Shown here piece after piece: positions 6,674-14,218 of a DNA stretch of 14,218 nucleotides. Origin of the DNA: a virus (taxonomy: Duplodnaviria > Heunggongvirae > Uroviricota > Caudoviricetes); IMG/VR virus record IMGVR_UViG_2529292920_000009. One strand, written 5' to 3'. The first letter of the stretch is position 1, and each line of letters begins with the position of its first letter. The notes beneath the pieces were generated by a model, which worked only from the letters and a program-made list of their open reading frames with translations, had not been told where the DNA came from and made no database searches. Both the position numbers and the translations under genes were made by a program.

Positions 6674-8049
6674 ACCGGATGAATGAAACGGAAGCAGCAC
6701 GACATCAGCGTGAAATTGCGCGTATTAATGCCATGCAGTACGCCGATCAGACTGTCAGGGATGCGGCGATACAACGTGAAAATGAACGTTACGAGAAAGC
6801 CCTGGCATCCGGTAAGAAAAAAACACGCGAAACCCGTAATGATGAGGCCACCCGGTTATTGCTGCAGTACAGTCAGCAACAGGCACAGGTGGAAGGACAG
6901 ATTGCTGCTGCCAGACAGTCAGCAGGCATTGCCACGGAAAGGATGACAGAAGCGCATAAACAGCTTCTGGCTCTGCAGCAGCGCATCAGCGACCTGGACG
7001 GGAAAAAACTGACGGCAGATGAAAAGAGTGTGCTGGCCCGTAAAGATGAACTGATTCTGGCACTGACGCTGCTGGATGTAAAACAGCAGGAGCTTCAGAA
7101 ACAGACGGCACTCAACGAGCTGAAGAAAAAAACAATTCAGCTGACCAGTCAACTGGCTGAAGAAGAGCGTGCTCAGCGTCAACAACATAATCTGGATATC
7201 GCCACGGTGGGTATGGGTGATCAGCAGCGGCAGCGATATCAGGTACAACTGAGTCTTCGTCAGAAATACCAGCAACAGCTGGAGCAGTTGAGGCGGGATA
7301 GTGAGCAGAAAGGGACATATAACACGGATGACTACAGAAAGGCCGAGCAGGCGCTGACGGAGAGCCTGAACCGACAACTGAATGAGAATCGCCGTTACTG
7401 GCAACAGCTTGAAATTGCTCAGGGTAACTGGAAAAACGGAGTCCTGCGTGCACTCCAGAATGTCACTGAGAATGCGGATAACACAGCCTGGACAGTGGAA
7501 CAGTTGTTCACGTCTGCGTTCAGTAGCATGAGTGACTGGCTGGCGACATTCTGTACTACAGGCAAACTCAATTTCAAATCTTTTACTTCTTCTGTGCTGT
7601 CAGATATGTCCAGAATCATGGCTCAGATAGCTTTAATGAAAGCGGTAAAAGGCATTGCTTCCGCGCTGCCTTTTGATTTTGTAGCCAATGCTGATGGCGG
7701 TGTTTATCAGTCGGCTGATTTGAGTCGCTACAGTGGCACGGTGGTTAACCGTCCGACGTTTTTTGCTTTTGCAAAAGGCGCGGGTGTGATGGGGGAAGCG
7801 GGACCTGAAGCCATTCTGCCATTGCGTCGTGGTGCTGACGGTAAGCTGGGGGGTGTGGCGGATATTGGGGGTTCAGGTATGGCGATGTTTTCCCCGCAGT
7901 ACAACATCGAGATCAATAACGATGGCACGAACGGGCAGATAGGTCCGGCTGCCCTGAAGGCGGTTTATGACCTCGGGAAAAAAGCGGCAGCGGACTTTAT
8001 GCAACAGCAGGCCCGTGATGGTGGTCGGTTAAGTGGAGCATATCGGTAA
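6595..8049 (+). CDS. H: Tape-measure protein H, C-terminal fragment (-1 frame)
   Basis: This frame is open from 6565; the ORF-track start at 6595 is a TTG. Gln/Glu/Arg-rich coiled-coil-like sequence ending in the conserved gpH C-terminus; stop TAA at 8047-8049 overlaps the M start (TAATG). Confidence 0.75.
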   Translation: MQDAKEQAERNYQEQQKRRNAENAALNRMNETEAARHQREIARINAMQYADQTVRDAAIQRENERYEKALASGKKKTRETRNDEATRLLLQYSQQQAQVEGQIAAARQSAGIATERMTEAHKQLLALQQRISDLDGKKLTADEKSVLARKDELILALTLLDVKQQELQKQTALNELKKKTIQLTSQLAEEERAQRQQHNLDIATVGMGDQQRQRYQVQLSLRQKYQQQLEQLRRDSEQKGTYNTDDYRKAEQALTESLNRQLNENRRYWQQLEIAQGNWKNGVLRALQNVTENADNTAWTVEQLFTSAFSSMSDWLATFCTTGKLNFKSFTSSVLSDMSRIMAQIALMKAVKGIASALPFDFVANADGGVYQSADLSRYSGTVVNRPTFFAFAKGAGVMGEAGPEAILPLRRGADGKLGGVADIGGSGMAMFSPQYNIEINNDGTNGQIGPAALKAVYDLGKKAAADFMQQQARDGGRLSGAYR

Positions 8050-8378
8050 TGGAGACGTTTCACTGGAAAGTGCGCCCGGATATGAATGTGGTATCAGAGC
8101 CGAAAGTGGTGACAGTGAAGCTGGGCGATGGTTATGAACAGCGTCGTGCGGCGGGACTGAATAACCAGTTGTCGACTTACAGCGTGACGATACGTGTTCG
8201 TAAATGTGAACACCCATCTTTAAAAGCCTTTCTGGAACGGCACGGTGGCGTCCGCGCATTTCAGTGGACGCCACCTTATGACTGGAAACCGATTAGGGTG
8301 GTTTGTCGTAAATGGTCGGCAAGCGTGGGGGCGCTGTGGGTAACCATAACGGCAGATTTTGAACAGGTCGTGGCATAG
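8049..8378 (+). CDS. M: Minor tail protein M, lambda gpM-like
   Basis: 109 aa; METFHWKVRPDM...GDGYEQR...LNNQLSTYSV...WTPPYDWK...FEQVV matches lambda gpM from memory; start overlaps the H stop. Confidence 0.9.
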   Translation: METFHWKVRPDMNVVSEPKVVTVKLGDGYEQRRAAGLNNQLSTYSVTIRVRKCEHPSLKAFLERHGGVRAFQWTPPYDWKPIRVVCRKWSASVGALWVTITADFEQVVA

Positions 8379-8387
8379 GAGGCTCTG

Positions 8388-9086
8388 ATGCAGGATATTC
8401 CACAGGAAACACATCATGAGACGACACGCCTCACTCAGTCAGCCCAGGTGGTGCTCTGGGAAATCGATCTGACAGAGGTCGGTGGTGAACGTTATTTTTT
8501 CTGTAATGAGCAGAACGAAAAAGGTGAGCCGGTTACCTGGCAGGGGCGGCAGTATCAGGCATACCCCATTCAGGGGACAGGATTTGAACTGAACGGCAAG
8601 GGCAGTGCTGCCCGTCCGACACTGACGGTTTCTAACCTGCACGGCATGGTCACGGGGATGGCGGAAGACCTGCAGAGTCTGGTCGGCGGAACGGTGGTCA
8701 GGCGTAAGGTTTACGCCCGTTTTCTGGATGCGGTGAACTTCGTCAACGGAAACAGCGACGCCGATCCGGAGCAGGAGGTGATCAGCCGCTGGCGCATCGA
8801 GCAGTGCAGCGAACTGAGTGCGGTCAGTGCCTCCTTTGTACTGTCCACGCCGACGGAAACGGATGGTGCTGTTTTTCCGGGGCGTATCATGCTGGCCAAC
8901 ACCTGCACCTGGACCTATCGCGGTGATGAGTGTGGTTATCACGGTCCGGCTGTCGCGGATGAATATGACCAGCCGACGTCCGATATCACGAAGGATAAAT
9001 GCAGCAAATGCCTGAGCGGCTGTAAGTTTCGCAATAACGTCGGCAACTTTGGCGGCTTCCTTTCCATTAACAAACTTTCGCAGTAA
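8388..9086 (+). CDS. L: Minor tail protein L, lambda gpL-like
   Basis: 232 aa; ATG at 8388 with GGAG at 8377-8380. Sequence (VVLWEIDLTEVGGERYFFCNEQNEKGEPVTWQGRQYQ...CSKCLSGCKFRNNVGNFGGF) is almost identical to lambda gpL as I recall it, including the C-terminal Cys cluster. Confidence 0.95.
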   Translation: MQDIPQETHHETTRLTQSAQVVLWEIDLTEVGGERYFFCNEQNEKGEPVTWQGRQYQAYPIQGTGFELNGKGSAARPTLTVSNLHGMVTGMAEDLQSLVGGTVVRRKVYARFLDAVNFVNGNSDADPEQEVISRWRIEQCSELSAVSASFVLSTPTETDGAVFPGRIMLANTCTWTYRGDECGYHGPAVADEYDQPTSDITKDKCSKCLSGCKFRNNVGNFGGFLSINKLSQ

Positions 9087-9090
9087 TCCC

Positions 9091-9834
9091 ATGACACAGA
9101 CAGAATCAGAGATTCTGGCGCACGCCCGGCGATGTGCGCCAGCGGAGTCGTGCGGCTTCGTGGTAAGCACGCCGGAGGGGGAAAGATATTTCCCCTGCGT
9201 GAATATCTCCGGTGAGCCGGAGGCGTATTTCCGTATGTCGCCGGAAGACTGGCTGCAGGCAGAAATGCAGGGTGAGGTGGTGGCGCTGGTCCACAGCCAC
9301 CCCGCTGGTCTGCCCTGGCTGAGTGAGGCCGACCGGCGGCTGCAGGTGCAGAGTGATTTGCCGTGGTGGCTGGTCTGCCGGGGGACAATTCATAAGTTCC
9401 GCTGTGTGCCGCATCTCACCGGGCGGCGCTTTGAGCACGGGGTGACGGACTGTTACACGCTGTTCCGGGATGCTTATCATCTGGCGGGGATTGAGATGCC
9501 GGATTTTCATCGCGAGGATGACTGGTGGCGTCACGGCCAGAATCTCTATCTGGATAATCTGGAGGCAACGGGGCTGTATCAGGTGCCGTTGTCAGCGGCG
9601 CAGCCGGGCGATGTGCTGCTGTGCTGTTTTGGTTCATCGGTGCCGAATCATGCCGCCATTTACTGCGGCGACGGCGAGCTGCTGCACCATATTCCTGAAC
9701 AACTGAGTAAACGAGAGAGGTACACCGACAAATGGCAGCGACGCACACACTCCCTCTGGCGTCACCGGGCATGGCACGCATCTGCCTTTACGGGGATTTA
9801 CAACGATTTGGCCGCCGCATCGACCTTCGTGTAA
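9091..9834 (+). CDS. K: Tail tip assembly protein K, lambda gpK-like, with JAMM/MPN and NlpC/P60-type motifs
   Basis: ATG at 9091, 5 nt after the L stop; N-terminus MTQTESEILAHARRCAP. An exact HxHx7Sx2D JAMM motif (HSHPAGLPWLSEAD) is encoded at 9292-9333, followed by a Cys (GVTDCYTLF) and His (PNHAAIYCGDG) pair characteristic of an NlpC/P60-type domain. Confidence 0.9.
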   Translation: MTQTESEILAHARRCAPAESCGFVVSTPEGERYFPCVNISGEPEAYFRMSPEDWLQAEMQGEVVALVHSHPAGLPWLSEADRRLQVQSDLPWWLVCRGTIHKFRCVPHLTGRRFEHGVTDCYTLFRDAYHLAGIEMPDFHREDDWWRHGQNLYLDNLEATGLYQVPLSAAQPGDVLLCCFGSSVPNHAAIYCGDGELLHHIPEQLSKRERYTDKWQRRTHSLWRHRAWHASAFTGIYNDLAAASTFV

Positions 9835-10379
9835 AAACGGGGGCTGAAGCCATCCGGGCGTTGTCCACACAGCTCCCGGCGTTTCGTCAGAAACTGAATG
9901 ACGGCTGGTATCAGGTGCGCATTGCCGGGCGTGATGCAGGTGAAACCGAATTATCTGCCCGTCTTAATGAGCCGCTGGCAAATGGTGCCGTGATCCACAT
10001 CGTGCCGCATCTGGCGGGAGCTAAAAGTGGCGGTGTGTTTCAGGTGGTGCTGGGGGCGGCGCTGATTGCGGTGGCATGGTGGAACCCTGTGGGCTGGCTG
10101 GGTGCCGCGGCTGTATCGGGCATGTATGCGGCAGGGGCCAGTATGATCCTGGGTGGTGTGGCCCAGATGCTGGCACCGAAAGCCCGGACGCCCACAGCGA
10201 CCAGCACGGATAACGGTAAGCAGAACACCTATTTCTCATCACTGGATAACATGGTTGCCCAGGGCAATGTTCTGCCTGTTCTGTACGGTGAAATGCGCGT
10301 GGGGTCTCGTGTGGTTTCTCAGGAGATCAGCACGGCAGATGAAGGGGACGGTGGTCAGGTTGTGGTGATTGGCCGCTGA
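9732..10379 (+). CDS. I: Tail tip assembly protein I, lambda gpI-like
   Basis: MAATHTLPLASPGMARICLYGDLQRFGRRIDLRV... and the C-terminus NVLPVLYGEMRVGSRVVSQEISTADEGDGG resemble lambda gpI from memory; the start overlaps the 3' end of K by 103 nt, as K and I do in lambda. Confidence 0.9.
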   Translation: MAATHTLPLASPGMARICLYGDLQRFGRRIDLRVKTGAEAIRALSTQLPAFRQKLNDGWYQVRIAGRDAGETELSARLNEPLANGAVIHIVPHLAGAKSGGVFQVVLGAALIAVAWWNPVGWLGAAAVSGMYAAGASMILGGVAQMLAPKARTPTATSTDNGKQNTYFSSLDNMVAQGNVLPVLYGEMRVGSRVVSQEISTADEGDGGQVVVIGR

Positions 10380-10397
10380 TGCAAAATATTTCATGTG

Positions 10398-10425
10398 AAA
10401 CCGCCTCCGGGCGGTTTTGTCGTTT
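10398..10425 (+). promoter_or_regulatory. Hairpin between I and J (8-bp stem AAACCGCC/GGCGGTTT, loop TCCG) with a T-rich tail; possible attenuator or RNA processing site
   Basis: Seen directly at 10398-10417, followed by TGTCGTTT; lies 19 nt after the I stop and just before the J Shine-Dalgarno (GGAG at 10428-10431). Confidence 0.35.
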
Positions 10426-10439
10426 ATGGAGCATAACGA

Positions 10440-12407
10440 ATGGGCAAAGGAAGCAGTAAGGGGCATACCCCGCGCGAAGCGAAGGACAACCTGAAGTCCA
10501 CGCAACTGCTGAGTGTGATTGATGCCATCAGCGAAGGGCCGATTGAAGGTCCGGTGGATGGATTAAAAAGCGTGCTGCTGAACAGTACGCCGGTGCTGGA
10601 CAGTGAAGGTAATACCAACATCTCCGGTGTCACGGTGGTGTTCCGGGCCGGTGAGCAGGAGCAGACACCGCCGGAGGGATTTGAATCCTCCGGCTCTGAG
10701 ACGGTGCTGGGTACGGAAGTGAAATACGACACGCCGATCACCCGCACCATCACGTCGGCAAACATCGATCGTCTGCGCTTTACTTTCGGTGTGCAGGCAC
10801 TGGTGGAAACCACCTCTAAGGGGGACCGGAATCCGTCGGAAGTCCGCCTGCTGGTTCAGATACAGCGTAACGGTGGCTGGGTGACGGAAAAAGACATCAC
10901 CATTAAAGGCAAAACCACCTCACAGTATCTGGCATCGGTGGTGGTGGGTAACCTGCCGCCGCGCCCGTTCAATATCCGGATGCGCAGGATGACGCCGGAC
11001 AGCACCACAGACCAGCTGCAGAACAAAACGCTCTGGTCGTCATACACCGAAATCATCGATGTGAAACAGTGCTACCCGAACACGGCACTGGTCGGCGTAC
11101 AGGTGGATTCGGAGCAGTTCGGCAGCCAGCAGGTGAGCCGTAATTATCATCTGCGCGGGCGTATTCTGCAGGTGCCGTCGAACTATAACCCGCAGACGCG
11201 GCAATACAGCGGTATCTGGGACGGAACGTTTAAGCCAGCATACAGCAATAACATGGCCTGGTGTCTGTGGGATATGCTGACCCATCCACGCTACGGCATG
11301 GGGAAACGTCTTGGTGCGGCGGATGTGGACAAATGGGCGCTGTATGTCATCGGCCAGTACTGCGACCAGTCAGTGCCGGACGGCTTTGGCGGCACGGAGC
11401 CGCGCATCACCTGTAATGCGTACCTGACCACACAGCGCAAGGCGTGGGATGTGCTCAGTGATTTCTGCTCGGCGATGCGCTGTATGCCGGTATGGAACGG
11501 GCAGACGCTGACGTTCGTGCAGGACCGACCGTCGGATAAGGTGTGGACCTATAACCGCAGTAATGTGGTGATGCCGGATGATGGCGCGCCGTTCCGCTAC
11601 AGCTTCAGCGCCCTGAAAGACCGCCATAATGCCGTTGAGGTGAACTGGATTGACCCGAACAACGGCTGGGAGACGGCGACAGAGCTTGTGGAGGATACGC
11701 AGGCCATTGCCCGTTACGGTCGTAACGTCACGAAGATGGATGCTTTTGGCTGTACCAGCCGGGGGCAGGCACACCGCGCCGGGCTGTGGCTGATTAAAAC
11801 AGAACTGCTGGAAACGCAGACCGTGGACTTCAGCGTGGGCGCAGAAGGGCTTCGCCATGTGCCGGGCGATGTCATTGAAATCTGTGATGATGACTATGCC
11901 GGTATCAGCATCGGCGGGCGCGTGCTGGCGGTAAACAGCCAGACCCGGACGCTGACGCTCGACCGTGAAATCACGCTGCCATCCTCCGGTACCACGCTGA
12001 TAAGCCAGGTTGACGGAAGTGGCAATCCGGTCAGCGTGGAGGTTCAGTCCGTCACCGACGGCGTGAAGGTAAAAGTGAGCCGTGTTCCTGACGGTGTTGC
12101 CGGATACAGCGTATGGGGGCTGAAGCTGCCGACGCTGCGCCAGCGACTGTTCCGCTGCGTGAGTATCCGTGAGAACGACGACGGCACGTATGCCATCACC
12201 GCCGTGCAGCATGTGCCGGAAAAAGAGGCCATCGTGGATAACGGGGCGCACTTTGACGGCGAACAGAGTGGCACGGTGAACGGTGTCACGCCGCCAGCAG
12301 TGCAGCACCTGACCGCAGAAGTCACCGCAGACAGCGGGGAATACCAGGTGCTGGCGCGCTGGGACACGCCGAAGGTGGTGAAGGGGGGAGCTTTATGCTT
12401 CGCCTGA
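10440..12407 (+). CDS. J: Host-specificity protein J, N-terminal fragment
   Basis: ATG at 10440 with GGAG at 10428-10431; [54 protein letters not shown]... matches lambda J; the frame ends 7 codons after the G6 tract. Confidence 0.85.
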   Translation: MGKGSSKGHTPREAKDNLKSTQLLSVIDAISEGPIEGPVDGLKSVLLNSTPVLDSEGNTNISGVTVVFRAGEQEQTPPEGFESSGSETVLGTEVKYDTPITRTITSANIDRLRFTFGVQALVETTSKGDRNPSEVRLLVQIQRNGGWVTEKDITIKGKTTSQYLASVVVGNLPPRPFNIRMRRMTPDSTTDQLQNKTLWSSYTEIIDVKQCYPNTALVGVQVDSEQFGSQQVSRNYHLRGRILQVPSNYNPQTRQYSGIWDGTFKPAYSNNMAWCLWDMLTHPRYGMGKRLGAADVDKWALYVIGQYCDQSVPDGFGGTEPRITCNAYLTTQRKAWDVLSDFCSAMRCMPVWNGQTLTFVQDRPSDKVWTYNRSNVVMPDDGAPFRYSFSALKDRHNAVEVNWIDPNNGWETATELVEDTQAIARYGRNVTKMDAFGCTSRGQAHRAGLWLIKTELLETQTVDFSVGAEGLRHVPGDVIEICDDDYAGISIGGRVLAVNSQTRTLTLDREITLPSSGTTLISQVDGSGNPVSVEVQSVTDGVKVKVSRVPDGVAGYSVWGLKLPTLRQRLFRCVSIRENDDGTYAITAVQHVPEKEAIVDNGAHFDGEQSGTVNGVTPPAVQHLTAEVTADSGEYQVLARWDTPKVVKGGALCFA

Positions 12408-13810
12408 CCGTGGCAGCGGATGACGGCAGTGAGCGGCTGGTCAGCACGGCCCGGACGACGGAAACCACATACCGCTTCAGGCAGCTGGCGTTGGGGCGTT
12501 ACACGCTGACAGTCCGGGCGGTAAATGCCCGGGGACAGCAGGGCGATCCGGCGTCGGTATCGTTCCGGATTGCCGCACCGGCAGCGCCGTCACAGATTGA
12601 GCTGACGCCGGGCTATTTTCAGATCACCGCCACGCCGCATCTTGCGGTTTATGATCCGACGGTACAGTTTGAGTTCTGGTTTTCGGAAAAGCGGATTACC
12701 GATATCAGGCAGGTTGAAACCAGCGCGCGCTATCTTGGCACGGGGATGTACTGGATAGCCGCCAGTATCAATATCAAACCGGGCCATGATTATTACTTTT
12801 ATATCCGCAGTGTGAACACCGTTGGCAAATCGGCATTCGTGGAGGCTGTCGGTCAGGCGAGCGATGATGCGGAAGGTTACCTGGATTTTTTCAAAGGCCA
12901 GATAACCGAATCCCATCTCGGCAAGGAGCTGCTGGAAAAAGTCGAGCTGACGGAGGATAACGCCAGCAAACTGGAGGAGTTTTCGAAAGAGTGGCAGGAC
13001 GCTAACGATAAGTGGAATGCCATGTGGGGCGTCAAAATTGAGCAGACCAAAGACGGCAAACATTATGTCGCGGGTATTGGCCTCAGCATGGAGGACACGG
13101 AAGAAGGCAAGCTGAGCCAGTTTCTGGTTGCCGCTAACCGTATCGCGTTTATTGACCCGGCAAACGGGAATGAAACGCCGATGTTTGTGGCGCAGGGCAA
13201 TCAGATATTTATGAACGACGTGTTCCTGAAGCGCCTGACGGCCCCGACCATTACCAGTGGTGGAAATCCACCGGCATTTTCCCTGACATCAGACGGAAAG
13301 CTGACCGCTAAAAATGCGGATATCAGTGGTAGAGTGAATGCGAACGCCGGGACGCTCAACAATGTCACGGTAAATGAAAACTGTACGATTAAGGGCATGC
13401 TGGAGGCGACTCAGGTCAGAGGTGACTTCGTTAAAGCTGTATCCAAATCATTTCCGAAACAGGCTGGTACGTGGGGTAACACGGAAACACCAAACGGGAC
13501 GGTTACAGTCACCATCAGCGATGATCATAACTTTGACCGTCAAATCATTATTCCGCCCATTATCTTTAACGGAATAGCGTATAGCTATCCGGGAAGTGGT
13601 AATAACCCGGGAGGTACAAGTTACACGGGTTATGGTTTCGAAGTTCGCAAAAACGGTGTATTAATCGCATCCAGAGAAACTAAAGGGGCCATTCCCGGTA
13701 GTTACAGTGCGGTTATTGATATGCCGAGTGGCAGGGGAGCGTCACTCTGGAGTTTAAGGTTTTCCATAAAGGCAATCAGTGGGCAGGTAATATCACCGAC
13801 TGTACGGTGA
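12395..13810 (+). CDS. J: Host-specificity protein J, C-terminal fragment (-1 frame relative to the N-terminal fragment)
   Basis: Continues the J sequence ([28 protein letters not shown]..., fibronectin-III-like region); the last ~150 aa look diverged from lambda and are more AT-rich; the frame ends at TGA 13808-13810 after the G4 tract. Confidence 0.8.
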   Translation: MLRLTVAADDGSERLVSTARTTETTYRFRQLALGRYTLTVRAVNARGQQGDPASVSFRIAAPAAPSQIELTPGYFQITATPHLAVYDPTVQFEFWFSEKRITDIRQVETSARYLGTGMYWIAASINIKPGHDYYFYIRSVNTVGKSAFVEAVGQASDDAEGYLDFFKGQITESHLGKELLEKVELTEDNASKLEEFSKEWQDANDKWNAMWGVKIEQTKDGKHYVAGIGLSMEDTEEGKLSQFLVAANRIAFIDPANGNETPMFVAQGNQIFMNDVFLKRLTAPTITSGGNPPAFSLTSDGKLTAKNADISGRVNANAGTLNNVTVNENCTIKGMLEATQVRGDFVKAVSKSFPKQAGTWGNTETPNGTVTVTISDDHNFDRQIIIPPIIFNGIAYSYPGSGNNPGGTSYTGYGFEVRKNGVLIASRETKGAIPGSYSAVIDMPSGRGASLWSLRFSIKAISGQVISPTVR

Positions 13811-13872
13811 TTGTGACCAAAAAAGCCGCTTCCGGCATCAGTATTCGTTGAAATTGTTATAACCCATATAAG

Positions 13873-13899
13873 GGCACCAAAAATGGTGCCTATTTTATT
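13873..13899 (+). terminator. Rho-independent terminator downstream of J
   Basis: Seen directly: 7-bp stem GGCACCA (13873-13879), loop AAAA, TGGTGCC (13884-13890), then TATTTTATT (13891-13899). Confidence 0.6.
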
Positions 13900-14013
13900 G
13901 CAGAAAAGCGAGAGGTAATTATGCGTAAAGGTAACCGGCTCATTTAAACCGTCTGGTCTGTTTCCTCCGGCTCTACAAAAATAATGTCCATCATTTTTAA
14001 TGGACACTATCGT

Positions 14014-14218
14014 ATGAAACACCGGACCTGGATCACTGAAGCTTTACGTCTTCACTTTGAAGAACATTTACCCCGGGTTGTGGCCGGGCGTCGCCTGGGT
14101 GTACCAAAATCAACAGTTTGTAGTATGTTCGTGCGCTTTCGGAGAGCTGGCCTTTCGTGGCCTTTGCCCGCAGGCATGTCGGAGCAGGAACTTGATGCCT
14201 GCCTTTACGGACAATTTT
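14014..14218 (+). CDS. HTH-domain ORF, 3' end beyond the window; possibly the N-terminus of an IS transposase (family not determined)
   Basis: ATG at 14014 opens a frame that runs to the window edge (68 codons). It encodes a helix-turn-helix-like segment (GRRLGVPKSTVCSMFVRFRRAGL) of the kind seen at transposase N-termini. There is no clear SD, and a 7-bp inverted repeat lies immediately upstream (13985-14006). Confidence 0.4.
   Translation, partial: MKHRTWITEALRLHFEEHLPRVVAGRRLGVPKSTVCSMFVRFRRAGLSWPLPAGMSEQELDACLYGQF

Larger units (their letters stand above)
4994..8049 (+). pseudogene. H: Tail tape-measure protein H, lambda gpH-like, interrupted by in-frame TAA (5645-5647) and a frame break in an A7 tract (6576-6582)
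   Basis: Three consecutive ORFs together span about 1018 codons. The N-terminus MDQIANLVIDLGIDAAEF resembles the lambda gpH start and the C-terminus INNDGTNGQIGPAALKAVYD...DGG matches the lambda gpH C-terminus (both from memory). Fragments 1 and 2 are in the same frame, separated only by TAA; fragment 3 is in the -1 frame. Confidence 0.8.
10440..13851 (+). pseudogene. J: Tail tip/host-specificity protein J, lambda gpJ-like, with two single-base frame breaks in G tracts (12383-12388 and 13734-13737)
   Basis: Three frames read consecutively give about 1137 codons; lambda gpJ is 1132 aa as I recall. The N-terminal ~640 aa are nearly identical to lambda J from memory. Adding one G to each tract restores a single ORF ending at TGA 13849-13851. 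Confidence 0.8.

Noticed and set aside
8439-9170. 243-aa ORF on the minus strand overlapping L and K
   Set aside because: It lies antisense to two strongly supported, lambda-like genes, has no recognisable start context and has Arg/Ala/Gly-rich composition typical of shadow ORFs in GC-rich coding DNA.
11370-12308. 312-aa ORF on the minus strand inside J
   Set aside because: Antisense to the highly conserved J coding region; composition (Arg/His/Ala-rich) and lack of start signals indicate a shadow ORF.
13921-13947. Annotating the 8-codon SD-led mini-ORF (MRKGNRLI) as a CDS feature
   Set aside because: It is too short to support as a gene from sequence alone; it is reported as an observation in the findings instead.
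13702-14022. 106-aa ORF on the minus strand spanning the J 3' end, the terminator and the start of the HTH ORF
   Set aside because: It would have to be translated through the terminator hairpin and overlaps two better-supported + strand features; treated as spurious.
1-14218. tRNA, rRNA, CRISPR array, integrase or att site
   Set aside because: No cloverleaf-like or rRNA-like sequence and no direct-repeat/spacer array were seen; the window is almost entirely co-directional structural coding sequence, and no integrase or attachment-site features are present.

Overview
This window is the late structural region of a lambdoid (lambda-like) phage or prophage, with every supported gene on the + strand. 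It opens inside a ClpP-like prohead protease fused to a major capsid protein, followed by two small head and head-tail genes, then the full lambda-type tail order Z-U-V-G-(G-T)-H-M-L-K-I-J. From memory, L, K, I and the N-terminal two-thirds of J are nearly lambda-identical, while the head module is not lambda-like. The main observation is that the two longest tail genes are broken: the tape-measure gene H has an in-frame TAA and a frame break in an A7 tract, and J has frame breaks in a G6 and a G4 tract. That pattern fits either a decaying prophage or homopolymer sequencing errors, and I cannot tell which from sequence alone. Downstream of J there is a clean intrinsic terminator, an 8-codon ORF with a strong Shine-Dalgarno, an inverted repeat, and the start of a helix-turn-helix ORF that may be an IS transposase running off the window. 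I found no tRNA, rRNA, CRISPR array or integrase/att site. I did not find a clearly novel system; the region is a conventional tail module with lesions and a possible insertion boundary at its 3' end.
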